In this document: piece after piece, positions 26,232 to 35,038 of the stretch
Layout: each line of letters opens with the position of its first letter
Position numbering within the stretch: the first letter of the stretch is position 1
Assembly (NCBI GenBank): GCA_947630345.1
Contig: CANRHF010000001.1
Coordinates: forward strand, 5,341-69,340
Direction: 5' to 3'
DNA length: 64,000 bases
From: an uncultured Oscillospiraceae bacterium
Lineage (GTDB): Bacteria > Bacillota > Clostridia > Oscillospirales > Oscillospiraceae
The notes under the pieces: model-generated
Told to the model about the DNA's origin: nothing
The model's database searches: none
What the model saw: the letters and a program-made list of their open reading frames with translations, nothing else
Made by a program: the position numbers and the translations under genes

Positions 26232-27378
26232 GCGTTTCCGCCTCCCTCTGCTTAGCCTTAGCATCCTCGATATAGCGACTGTATATGATCTGGTATAATG
26301 CACGGTAGGATCGAAACTTTGGGTCGCCTTTCATAAGGGCTTCGTACATCATCTGGTAGTCTTTGGGAGTTGCAAACAGGCCGATCTTTATAAATAAACT
26401 ACGGTAAGATTTGGCGACATAAAGCTTATGGGGGGTGTTGAAGTGCCTTGGCATATCGGAGAACATCTCCGCAAGAATGGCCTTGTAGTCCTTGGTGACG
26501 GCCTCGCCCTCGGCCTGGCGCCGGGCTCGGGTGCGCCGGCCGAACATTTCGCTATCCCAGTAGAGCGTAGCAAGGTAGGCGTTTGGCTCACGACGGATGA
26601 TGCGCTCCATGAGGTCCGGGTAATATTCGTTCATCTGGACCAGCGAGCGGGCTGTGTCTACGGAAAAGAACTGTGATACTCTCAGTTGATTCCGATTAGC
26701 GCCAGCTTGCCAGAGATACAAATAAACTTGTGGGATCTCCACACCTTCATTCCGGAGATACAGCCATACGTCATTGGTTGTCCAATCGTAGATGGGAAAG
26801 ATCTGCTTGCGACCGGTCATCCCCTTGCCACCGGCGTTCATCCGAGCCATGTACTGGAGCCGCTGGATGGATTCCGCTGCCCGTACACCGGTCATAGTAA
26901 TGCCGTCCATGCATACCCTGGGCATGAAACTCTGGTAGTTGTCTTTTCGGGGCCTCAGCATGGGGTGGCTGGTGATGGCAAAGGGTGGCGGCTGACGCAC
27001 CCACACGTCCCGTTTGCGCTTGTCCCAGCAGATGAATGTTTCATCCTCCGACAGCTCGTTGAAGCAGTTGAAGTGCTTGACCTCCACGCAATACCACTCA
27101 AACTTGGCGCCAACGTAAAGGAATCGTCGGCGCCAGTCCATGACGGTCTTTTCGATGCAGGGGAAAATAGCCTCCTCGTCCACGAATTGGACGGTCAGAA
27201 GGGATGGATCAATTTCTCCCCTCTGGATGAGAGACATGGTAATCTGAGCGAGAGCCAGGCTGTCCTTGCCGCCACTGAACGACATATAGACCGGGATTCC
27301 GTTGCTGAACGCATTGCGGACTCGCACCGTCGCCGCAGTTACCACGTCCATATCAGACCGTATCCGCCTTACAGCCAT
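26224..27378 (-). CDS. PAPS-reductase-family PP-loop enzyme, IbrA/YbdN-like
   Basis: SFSGGKDS, FVDEE, GVRAAES, PIYDWTTNDVW, LRVSQFF. Confidence 0.88.
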   Translation of the reverse strand: MAVRRIRSDMDVVTAATVRVRNAFSNGIPVYMSFSGGKDSLALAQITMSLIQRGEIDPSLLTVQFVDEEAIFPCIEKTVMDWRRRFLYVGAKFEWYCVEVKHFNCFNELSEDETFICWDKRKRDVWVRQPPPFAITSHPMLRPRKDNYQSFMPRVCMDGITMTGVRAAESIQRLQYMARMNAGGKGMTGRKQIFPIYDWTTNDVWLYLRNEGVEIPQVYLYLWQAGANRNQLRVSQFFSVDTARSLVQMNEYYPDLMERIIRREPNAYLATLYWDSEMFGRRTRARRQAEGEAVTKDYKAILAEMFSDMPRHFNTPHKLYVAKSYRSLFIKIGLFATPKDYQMMYEALMKGDPKFRSYRALYQIIYSRYIEDAKAKQREAETHG

Positions 27379-27989
27379 ATCTTTTCGCCGCAGTTGGGAC
27401 AGACCACATACTGACGGACGGGCTCTTTGGGCTCGACCGTCTGCTGGGCGGCTCCCGCTGCCGGTGCCTCCGGCTCCTCGCTGTTCTCTTCCATACCCTC
27501 GGTCATGTAAAGGTCCTTGCGCTTTTTGGCGGCCTTAATATCCTCGATCTCGCTCTCGTCAAGTGTACCGTACTCCTTCAGCGTCTCGGTGACTTCCCCT
27601 GCCTGGGCCACCATGCTCCTCAGCAGGTCCTCGTCGAAACCGGGGATGTCTAGATCGTCTTTCAGCTCAACTAAAAAGGCATCGAAAGAATCCAGGTTGT
27701 CCACACCCAGACCGAAGATCTTATTGTCGGCCAGCATGAGCTTTTTCTTCTGGTTCTCGGTCAGGCCCTCCATCAGGAGGACGTCGGCCTCCTCCCGGCC
27801 CATGCGTAACAAGGTTTCATAGAGGCCGTTCCCGGCCAGAATGACCCGGTTCTCATCCACCACAATAGGCCGTATCTGGCCGAACATGGTGACGCTGCGC
27901 TCAAACTCCCGGAGCTGCTTTTCGGTGTGCATCCGCACGTTGCGCTCGGGCCTCTGCAGGGAGGACAGGGGCATTTTCCTTACGTTCAT
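27369..27989 (-). CDS. ParB N-terminal-domain protein with C-terminal CPxCG knuckle
   Basis: NVRMH, FGQIRPIVVDE..ILAGNG, LADNK, CPNCG; ATGA overlap. Confidence 0.85.
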   Translation of the reverse strand: MNVRKMPLSSLQRPERNVRMHTEKQLREFERSVTMFGQIRPIVVDENRVILAGNGLYETLLRMGREEADVLLMEGLTENQKKKLMLADNKIFGLGVDNLDSFDAFLVELKDDLDIPGFDEDLLRSMVAQAGEVTETLKEYGTLDESEIEDIKAAKKRKDLYMTEGMEENSEEPEAPAAGAAQQTVEPKEPVRQYVVCPNCGEKIWL

Positions 27990-28768
27990 TCGCCCGCCAC
28001 CTCCAGACATACCCTTGCCCCGGGGAAATACTCGGCGGCGGCTATGACGATGCTCTTGTCGATGGCGAAGATCTCCCGCCACCCGTTCTCCTCGCTGCCG
28101 GTCCACTGCCGTGCAGGCCAAGGGTGGGTACCGCACAAATAGCCGTTGGGCCAGCCATAGATAGGAGGCAGGGGCAGGTTGTAATAGTGGATCAGGGCTA
28201 GAACGTATTCATGGGGCCAGTCGGCCAAGGGGCTGAACCGGGTAACGCCCTTACCGTCGGTGTAGATGTTGGTCTTTCGACCAACGAAGTTGCCGTCCGC
28301 CCGGCGCCGCCCCAGGATGATGAGATCCAGTCCGTGCGCCCGGAAATACTGCATCTGGGCACGGTGCTGGACGATGGAGAACCAGCTGGCGGCAGCTTTG
28401 CTGTTCTGGGGGAACAGCATTTCCGGGTGCTTCGCCAGCCAGGCCATATCCTGGCCGGTGTTGATAACCTCGCATTCCTCCGGCTTGTTGGCGTCAATCC
28501 AGGCGGCAAAGGCAGGGTATTCCAGGTTGCACACGCCAATCATGCAGGCCGTCACCCCGGCCAGCTCACAGAGCTTTCCGAGAGCGATGCTGTCCTTACC
28601 GGCGCTCCAAGCGTGGGCGGCGGTCTTGTCGGCTGTCTTTTCCTGGATATCGGCCACGGTGCGCTCCACCATGGCATCAAGGTCCTTGCGGCTTACCGTC
28701 TCCTTGATGTGGGCCATGACCTCGGTCCAAGCGTCGTTTTTGATGCTCTGCTTTCTGCCCAGTTTCAT
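27986..28768 (-). CDS. Second PAPS-reductase-like PP-loop enzyme
   Basis: WSAGKDS, GRRRADG, SPLADW. Confidence 0.82.
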   Translation of the reverse strand: MKLGRKQSIKNDAWTEVMAHIKETVSRKDLDAMVERTVADIQEKTADKTAAHAWSAGKDSIALGKLCELAGVTACMIGVCNLEYPAFAAWIDANKPEECEVINTGQDMAWLAKHPEMLFPQNSKAAASWFSIVQHRAQMQYFRAHGLDLIILGRRRADGNFVGRKTNIYTDGKGVTRFSPLADWPHEYVLALIHYYNLPLPPIYGWPNGYLCGTHPWPARQWTGSEENGWREIFAIDKSIVIAAAEYFPGARVCLEVAGE

Positions 28769-30159
28769 GCTGCCGCCTCCTTCCTGGAGAACAGGAGAGC
28801 CACGGCCCCGCTTGAAAGAACAGTCAGCAAGCTTCCAGCTGTCTTATACACGGCCAGGTTGAAGATATTCCCGATAGCAAAGACAGGAAGTCCGACGCAC
28901 AACGAGGTAACGATGCCGACAAATATGCCGTTGGCGCTTAAGCGTCTGCCCAGGAGAGTCAACACCGTGGGAAGCAGGGTAGACGCCCGGAGGGTGCCGT
29001 AGAACAGGAACAGGTGCGTCACCGTCAGGCCGGGCAGGTTGGCGATCAATATGCTCGCCATGAGCATAAGAACCATCACGAACCGGGAAAGCCGCAGTTT
29101 TCTAACGGAATCTAATTTGCCGGTCATTTCCCAGTCGGTGGTGAGAGAGGCCGCAGCGCACAGGTTGCTGTCCACCGTGGAGAGCAGGCCGGACAGCACC
29201 ATCAGCAGAAGCGGGGCCATTGCCCAGTCCGGGAGCAGGGAGCCAATCAGCTCCACATTGACCATGCCCGGGTCAGCCGCAACAAAACCGGTGCCGGCCG
29301 CGGCAAAGCCCAGCAGGCTCATGGACAGGGGCACCACGGCAAACAGCAGCGCCCCGATGCAGAACGACCGTCCCAGACGGTCCTTCCGGATGGAGAACAC
29401 CCGCTGCCAGAAGCACTGGTCCCCGAACGGGCCGGAGATCAGGCCGATAGCGGTGGGAAGTCCGAAGCCGAGGAACACTGCCAGCCCCGCCTCGGATACC
29501 AGGGAGGTATAGTCCCCGGTGGCGCCGCCCAGACCGGCCAGCACCGCACCCATTCCCCCGGCCCGAGTAAGCGTCCATGGGACGAGGATGGCACAGCCTA
29601 TCAGGATAATGGCAAGCTGCACAACATCAGTTGTAACCGATGCTCTAAGGCCGGATAAGCACGAATAAGAGTAAGCCACCACCGCAAGGATAATTGTCAC
29701 TCCCCAGAACGGCATTCCGGTAATGGCAGACAGCAATTTTCCCCCGGCCAGGAGCTGGACGGAGGTGGAGAGGGCAGCCAAAGCGCTGAGCTGGAACGAA
29801 TATGCGCCCTGCACTTTCCGGGACTGATATGCCTCGGCCATGTAGCCAGACAGGGTGATTCCTTCCGGGTACTTGGCCCTCATCCGCTTGGCGAACGGAA
29901 TGAAAATCAGCAGGCACAGCACATTGGGAACCAGGAACCAGAAGATCCCGGGTATTCCGCTGGTGTATGCCTTTTCCGCAGACACAAAGAGGGAGGGCGC
30001 CCAGATCCATGTAGCGGCAATGCTCATGGCAGCTACCCCGGTCCCGATGCGGCGGTCAGCCACATGGAAACTCTCGGCGTCGTGCGTCCGCTTTGTGAAT
30101 ACCGCCGTCGCCCCGATCATCAGGGCGGCATAGACGATAAGCACGATGATACCTAACAT
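28765..30159 (-). CDS. Sodium:solute symporter family protein (DUR3-like motif)
   Basis: About 13 TM segments; SIAATWIWA, GLRASVTTDVVQ, DQCFWQR, LSTVDSNL. Confidence 0.9.
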   Translation of the reverse strand: MLGIIVLIVYAALMIGATAVFTKRTHDAESFHVADRRIGTGVAAMSIAATWIWAPSLFVSAEKAYTSGIPGIFWFLVPNVLCLLIFIPFAKRMRAKYPEGITLSGYMAEAYQSRKVQGAYSFQLSALAALSTSVQLLAGGKLLSAITGMPFWGVTIILAVVAYSYSCLSGLRASVTTDVVQLAIILIGCAILVPWTLTRAGGMGAVLAGLGGATGDYTSLVSEAGLAVFLGFGLPTAIGLISGPFGDQCFWQRVFSIRKDRLGRSFCIGALLFAVVPLSMSLLGFAAAGTGFVAADPGMVNVELIGSLLPDWAMAPLLLMVLSGLLSTVDSNLCAAASLTTDWEMTGKLDSVRKLRLSRFVMVLMLMASILIANLPGLTVTHLFLFYGTLRASTLLPTVLTLLGRRLSANGIFVGIVTSLCVGLPVFAIGNIFNLAVYKTAGSLLTVLSSGAVALLFSRKEAAA

Positions 30160-30304
30160 CAGAAAACCTCCTTTGTATTACTTCCGCTGGCGGGGCGGCA
30201 ATACAAAGGGGCGACGTGATATATCCTCCTTCCCAAATATTGAAGCCTCCACGTCCTTTCAAACGATAGGCCGCAGAGGCTTCCGGTATGATTAAGATTT
30301 TACA
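30160..30304 (-). promoter_or_regulatory. Structured 5' leader of the symporter operon
   Basis: Hairpin 30242-30283, second SD GAAGGAGG 30232-30225, hairpin 30170-30209 burying AAAGG of the symporter SD. Confidence 0.6.
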
Positions 30305-30310
30305 GCATGC

Positions 30311-30339
30311 AGTATATCACTTCTTAATTGCCCAGTCAA
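30311..30339 (-). promoter_or_regulatory. Sigma-A type promoter for the symporter operon / late transcript
   Basis: TTGACT-17 bp-TATACT with extended TG; repeated GGGCAA motifs around -35. Confidence 0.7.
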
Positions 30340-30363
30340 TGAACGATTTTTGCCCTCAGATTA

Positions 30364-30507
30364 TCACTTAAAACGGTGCAGCCATGCCGCCAACCACCAC
30401 CGTTTTGAATAGGGCCATTCGGGGCGAAACGTCCTTACCAAGATGTTTGCGTCGTTTCGGCTGATTTTCATGGACATGAGCAGTTTCACATATCGTTTCC
30501 TGGTCAT
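30364..30507 (-). CDS. 47-aa basic hypothetical protein (not in ORF track)
   Basis: MTRKRYVKLLMS...HRFK; GGAGG RBS and ATGA overlap with the AAA gene. Confidence 0.55.
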   Translation of the reverse strand: MTRKRYVKLLMSMKISRNDANILVRTFRPEWPYSKRWWLAAWLHRFK

Positions 30508-31433
30508 AGTGTACCCTCCAAAAATCTAATTGTAACCTCGGTCCGTTGCCTAACCAACATACTTACAACCGCGTCTGTACAACGCTTAACTACTGTTGAC
30601 GCTGGAATTTGGTCTGTCAAATTATCTTCACACCATTTTTCTATCCAGTCACCGCCATATCCCACATCGGCAAAGTTAAAGAATTTCTCTGCCATTTTAC
30701 GGGCATCCTCCATGCTTAACTGATTAACCTCATGCTGGATGGGGAATCTCCGGATCAATGCAGGGTCGAGTCTGTCAAAACGGTTTGTTGTTCCGACAAT
30801 TATGACGTGGTTATGCAGCCTGTCCATCTCCTGCATAAGCGCTATCACGATGCGGTTCATTTCCCCGACGTCGTTCGATTGTCCTCTTGCCATGCCAACG
30901 GCATCAATCTCGTCGAAGCATAAAACGCACGGTGCGGTTCTCGCATATTCAAAAACCTTTCCTATGTTGGATTGCGTTCCTCCAAGATATTGATTAACAA
31001 GGCTTGAAAAGCGAACATAAACAAACGGAAGATTAGCTCTGTGCGCTATGTATCTCGCAAGCATGGTTTTTCCGCAGCCGCTTGGACCGTAAAGCATGAG
31101 CGCCGGTAGGTAGCTTATGCCAATTTCTGAAAGCCTGTCCGCCACGCTGTATAGAGACAGCACCTCATTCACGGCCACCTCCTCGTTCTTCCGAAGGATA
31201 AAACGAGCTTCCGGAAAATCTGTGCAATCCTCCGCTATCAGTAAGTCTCTCAAATTATATGGCAACTCTATGAGCGTCGGGCCTTTCGCTTCCAACTTTT
31301 TAAGCTGATGATTTTTGAAACTTTGGTCTTTCTGCGTTGTTATGCCATCGAGTATTATTTTTGCCTGTTGTTGCACCTTGCGTATGTCACCGTCACAAAC
31401 AAATCGCAGTAGCGTTCTTTCTTGGTCGTTCAT
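30504..31433 (-). CDS. AAA+ ATPase
   Basis: GPSGCGKT, CFDEID, TTNRFDRLDPALIRRF. Confidence 0.9.
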   Translation of the reverse strand: MNDQERTLLRFVCDGDIRKVQQQAKIILDGITTQKDQSFKNHQLKKLEAKGPTLIELPYNLRDLLIAEDCTDFPEARFILRKNEEVAVNEVLSLYSVADRLSEIGISYLPALMLYGPSGCGKTMLARYIAHRANLPFVYVRFSSLVNQYLGGTQSNIGKVFEYARTAPCVLCFDEIDAVGMARGQSNDVGEMNRIVIALMQEMDRLHNHVIIVGTTNRFDRLDPALIRRFPIQHEVNQLSMEDARKMAEKFFNFADVGYGGDWIEKWCEDNLTDQIPASTVVKRCTDAVVSMLVRQRTEVTIRFLEGTL

Positions 31434-31799
31434 CTAACTTTTCCTTTCCGCCTTCGGCGGGTGGCGGAGTTGCCTACCGCACATCGGGCAATAATTTATT
31501 TCATGCTCCCAATCACAGCCTGCCATGATGTAGTTTTGACCGTCTCGCTCAATCCTTACGGCACTGCACGAATCCAAGACAATGACATCACCATCACGGC
31601 AATATTTGCAGCCATTCTCGTTCTTCTCAGCCTCCTGCTGGGCACGGAGGGCGGCTAAAGCCATCTTAGCGCTTTCGAGACGGAATTTTGCGACCATCTT
31701 AAAACCTTCAGCCGTGTCATCCTCGCTGTAGCTTTCGAGCGCTTTTTTTGCATCTTCAACCCTATAAGAAAACCATTGAATTGCTTCCTCAATCTTCAT
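31434..31799 (-). CDS. Hypothetical Zn-finger-like phage protein
   Basis: CKYC and INYCPMCGR. Confidence 0.65.
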   Translation of the reverse strand: MKIEEAIQWFSYRVEDAKKALESYSEDDTAEGFKMVAKFRLESAKMALAALRAQQEAEKNENGCKYCRDGDVIVLDSCSAVRIERDGQNYIMAGCDWEHEINYCPMCGRQLRHPPKAERKS

Positions 31800-31809
31800 T
31801 TCCTACCTC

Positions 31810-32169
31810 CTATGTCTCCAAAATTCTGATCCCGTACCGCTCCAGCATCAGTTTGCGCTTGATAATGAAATCCTTAGTCCTGACGCCTTTAGAATCTTCC
31901 ACTATGGTCTGCCCGTCTTTCAGGTAAACAAAATCCGCTATGTATGCGCACTCTCTTTCCAGCAGCGGCCCATGCTTCAAGCCGCCTCTGGGGCCGGTGA
32001 TAGAAGGTCCATACTGTGCAGGTATCAGGACATATTTCACTTGCCGCCGAAGGCCTGTAATGGCCCCGGCCCGTTCCATCAGACGGAGGGCACACCATCT
32101 GGCGTACTCTTTTCGGCTGTCGAAGGTCTGTCCGTCCGCCTGGATCTTTTTGGCGTGGTACTTGCTCAT
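31810..32169 (-). CDS. DUF1064-family PD-(D/E)XK nuclease
   Basis: SKYHAKK, FDSRKE, YIADFVY, VEDSKG. Confidence 0.85.
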   Translation of the reverse strand: MSKYHAKKIQADGQTFDSRKEYARWCALRLMERAGAITGLRRQVKYVLIPAQYGPSITGPRGGLKHGPLLERECAYIADFVYLKDGQTIVEDSKGVRTKDFIIKRKLMLERYGIRILET

Positions 32170-32741
32170 CTATCTATCTCCGCCGGCAAACGTACCGGTA
32201 ACACCATCCTAAACCCGGTCTTTTTTCTTGTCATGATATATACCGGGTTATTTGGGCCTGTAAATTCAAGGACGATTGTATTTCTACTTCCAATCTGGGT
32301 AGAAGTGGCTTTGGCTGCTTTGATAGCGTCTATGAGATATTCCGGTGTGAACCCAATACGGAAAGTGACTTCCCGTTCTTTCATGTAATCCTCATAATTC
32401 AGATATTCGCCTTCTGGCTGTTCACAACCAAAAATATTCCCATTGCAGAGTATTATGGCTTTTTCGTCTTCCAGAGATATATAAACTACCGTGTTTTTGG
32501 GAAATTTGCGGCACGGGCGAATGTAAACGGTAAAATCTTCGCTTATTTCAAATACTGCGGCGGTTTCCACACTCAAACGGTAGCCGTCACAGGCGGTAGC
32601 AGTGACTTCCTGCTTTTCAGCGTTGAACTTAAGCTGTATGTATTTATATATCTCTCGTGAACTTCTCGGTGAAGCGATAAAATCTTTTGTCGCATCAATA
32701 AGTCGGTTCATATCTTCACTAAGAATTTCTGCTTTCTTCAT
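32166..32741 (-). CDS. DNA polymerase III beta-clamp-like protein (short)
   Basis: ATACDGYRL, GEYLNY, IGFTPEYLIDAIKA, MVLPVRL. Confidence 0.7.
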   Translation of the reverse strand: MKKAEILSEDMNRLIDATKDFIASPRSSREIYKYIQLKFNAEKQEVTATACDGYRLSVETAAVFEISEDFTVYIRPCRKFPKNTVVYISLEDEKAIILCNGNIFGCEQPEGEYLNYEDYMKEREVTFRIGFTPEYLIDAIKAAKATSTQIGSRNTIVLEFTGPNNPVYIMTRKKTGFRMVLPVRLPAEIDR

Positions 32742-32926
32742 TTCTTTCGCCCGTCCTTCTCGTGGAGTTTCTTGATGTAGGGGCATCCTTGCCCCATGAA
32801 ATTCTCGGTCGGATCCCAATCTTCCAAGACAACCTCTTGCGTCACGTCACAGATACTGTCGCCCTCTCCGATGTAGATGCAGTTTGGGCAGACATCCGGG
32901 TTACAGTACATCTCCCGCTTCTTCAT
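32738..32926 (-). CDS. Small Cys-rich hypothetical protein
   Basis: CPNCIYIGEGDSICD; coupled to neighbours. Confidence 0.55.
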   Translation of the reverse strand: MKKREMYCNPDVCPNCIYIGEGDSICDVTQEVVLEDWDPTENFMGQGCPYIKKLHEKDGRKK

Positions 32927-33399
32927 GCCGTCTCATCCTTCCTCGGGAATTGCGCCGGTAGAGGTCCCTCCGGCTCGTCCATCTTCGCCCCGCAGTGGGG
33001 GCAGGCATCCGACTTGTGATAGTCGCTCTCATAGTTGAGCAGCGCCCCACCTCCGCACCTGGAGCAGGTTGGCGGTTTGTCGTGCCCGTTGTCAATCCAA
33101 TGCCCGTGCTTCACCGGGTCTATGGTAGGCGCTTGCCTTTGGTTCCACTGTGCAATAACTTCTTCTGGCGTTCCTGCACCTGACGTTTGTAAGCCGCATG
33201 ATTGACATTCGACCCAAATAATATCTGGCTGGTGTATGTCCATACCGACATAAGCGCCGTTGCTGTCAATCTCTGGTTCCTCGTATCCGTTGTCCTGTAA
33301 CCATGCCTCACCGCCGCAGCACGGGCATGGTTTGAGCGGTTCTAGCGGGTGGTCAAATTCATCATTCCAGTCATCCCACCTGTTGTAGTTGTTAAACAC
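32923..33399 (-). CDS. Lar-family restriction-alleviation-like Zn-finger protein
   Basis: LKPCPCCGG..CQSC..WNQR plus second CSRC/CPHCGAKMD finger. Confidence 0.7.
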   Translation of the reverse strand: MFNNYNRWDDWNDEFDHPLEPLKPCPCCGGEAWLQDNGYEEPEIDSNGAYVGMDIHQPDIIWVECQSCGLQTSGAGTPEEVIAQWNQRQAPTIDPVKHGHWIDNGHDKPPTCSRCGGGALLNYESDYHKSDACPHCGAKMDEPEGPLPAQFPRKDETA

Positions 33400-33401
33400 G
33401 C

Positions 33402-34064
33402 CTATCCCTCCTTGCTGATCTGCTCAAACTCGATCACCCACACCCAGGGATTAGAGGCCCAGCCGTATTTTTCGCAGTCAGAGGGCTTGATGGTTCTGTC
33501 CCAAATTTCAATGAAATGTGGTAACGCCGGGAACCATTCATGCCATGTGCGTTCATTATTCGGCGTATCTTGCGGATCAGTTGACACCATCACCGGCTGT
33601 GCGCCCTCTTTTCGCGCCTCATCTTCGGTAATATCCCACAACCGCTCCACCCGCACGTCTGTTACTCGCAGGAAGATACGGGCCGCTTCACGGGGCATAT
33701 GGATTGACGGATGCCAGCGCGCATCACCGTTTATATTGTGACTCGAACGATATACATAGCATCCTTCGTGACTGTCGGGAGGGTAATTAAAGCACTGGCC
33801 AGTTTCATCCCCTTCACAATTACAGCAATAGAATCGTTCCCACGTCTCCCGCACGTAGAGGATGTCGCCGGGCTGATATTGATATGTAGAAATGATATCG
33901 TCGCAATCTTCCCATTCCTTGGGGCATACATCATCTGCGAAAACATACCACCTTCCAGTGTAAAACAGAGGTTGCGGCTTCATTACCCGCCGCGTCACCG
34001 TCTTCCGTTTGTCCAGAATGGCCCGGACCATTTCCGTTCTGAACAGGATCGGCTTAACCGCCAT
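33402..34064 (-). CDS. Conserved phage protein (ASCH/PUA-like)
   Basis: KPILF-EMVRAIL-KTVTRR, GDILYVRET, WHPSIHMPR, NPWVWVIEF. Confidence 0.75.
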   Translation of the reverse strand: MAVKPILFRTEMVRAILDKRKTVTRRVMKPQPLFYTGRWYVFADDVCPKEWEDCDDIISTYQYQPGDILYVRETWERFYCCNCEGDETGQCFNYPPDSHEGCYVYRSSHNINGDARWHPSIHMPREAARIFLRVTDVRVERLWDITEDEARKEGAQPVMVSTDPQDTPNNERTWHEWFPALPHFIEIWDRTIKPSDCEKYGWASNPWVWVIEFEQISKEG

Positions 34065-34203
34065 TTTCTTCCGCCTCCTTTCCAATTGGACATTCTTCGA
34101 CGTCTTCGCCTCCAATAATAAAGTGGTCAAGATACCATGCGCAGCAGGCCGGCTCTTTGCTCTTTTGTGCCTGGACATTTACAAAGCAATCATCACATTT
34201 CAT
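34054..34203 (-). CDS. Small Cys-rich hypothetical protein
   Basis: AAGGAG RBS before ATG 34203; MKCDDC..PACCAW. Confidence 0.45.
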   Translation of the reverse strand: MKCDDCFVNVQAQKSKEPACCAWYLDHFIIGGEDVEECPIGKEAEENGG

Positions 34204-34217
34204 TTTTATCGGCTCCT

Positions 34218-34268
34218 TTGATATCATGATATCAAGTTCCAACAAGCTCCAACAAGATTTACAACAAG
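34218..34268. repeat. Perfect 18-bp palindrome plus three CAACAAG repeats
   Basis: TTGATATCATGATATCAA 34218-34235; CAACAAG at 34240, 34250, 34262. Confidence 0.7.
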
Positions 34269-34745
34269 CTAGGCATCTTTTCCCTTCACCTCCAGCAGCT
34301 CCGGGTTGTCCCACCGGTTTCCGGCAACAACAGCATCATAATCACAATTAAGGAAAAAAACGATGTCATTTCTGAGTCCGCATTTACAAGACTGCTCTGT
34401 TTTTTTGTTTCCCGGCACAAGGTAGAATCCCATATATCCGACCTCGTGGTCAGTATTTTCGACTCCTCCGCACCGGCCAAAGGCAACTACAAACCTATAT
34501 TGTTCGATATTTCCATCTAGGACAGATAGAATATCCCCCTCGAAAATCTTCTTCCCGTTCTTATCCGACAGCCCCGTGTACTGTCCGATGGTGGCAGGGT
34601 CAACCTCGTACCAATCCGGGCTGTTGTACCCGTCCGCCGGGAAGATATAGCACTCTCTCTTGTCGTGTACCAAGTAGGACAGATCGCCCTCGAACCATTC
34701 TGTTCCGCCTTTTTTGCGGCCCCGGAAAAGGATCTCCCTGTTCAT
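34269..34745 (-). CDS. YopX family protein
   Basis: REILFRG, TIGQYTGLSDKNGKKIFEGDI, GNRWDNPELLE. Confidence 0.9.
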   Translation of the reverse strand: MNREILFRGRKKGGTEWFEGDLSYLVHDKRECYIFPADGYNSPDWYEVDPATIGQYTGLSDKNGKKIFEGDILSVLDGNIEQYRFVVAFGRCGGVENTDHEVGYMGFYLVPGNKKTEQSCKCGLRNDIVFFLNCDYDAVVAGNRWDNPELLEVKGKDA

Positions 34746-35038
34746 TCGCTGGTCGCCTCCTGCAAACTACGCTGGACAATCCCGGCAATAACCCAAAATG
34801 TATGTCTCTCATCGGCCATAGGTCTACCGGGATTGCGTTCATCCCACGTCTTGGAGCATTGGGGGCAATACAGAGCCCGACCATAGCTGCCCCAACCGCT
34901 CTTTATAGCCTCTTCCGTTTCATCAATCCGATTTTTAATAACTTTGGTTGCTCCGCAGTTGCTGCATTGCAAGCGCACTGCTATCTTTCTAGGCATTTCC
35001 GCTCGCCTCCTTGTTCCAATAGATTTGATTTTTATCAT
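34742..35038 (-). CDS. Hypothetical Zn-ribbon protein
   Basis: CSNCG and YCPQC. Confidence 0.55.
   Translation of the reverse strand: MIKIKSIGTRRRAEMPRKIAVRLQCSNCGATKVIKNRIDETEEAIKSGWGSYGRALYCPQCSKTWDERNPGRPMADERHTFWVIAGIVQRSLQEATSE

Noticed and set aside
26224-28768. Sulfate-assimilation (cysH) auxiliary metabolic genes or a complete Dnd system
   Set aside because: No C-terminal ECGLH-type motif, no other cys genes, and no DndA/D/E homologues seen
34218-34268. Mini CRISPR array
   Set aside because: Repeats are only 7 bp with 3-5 bp gaps and no cas genes are present
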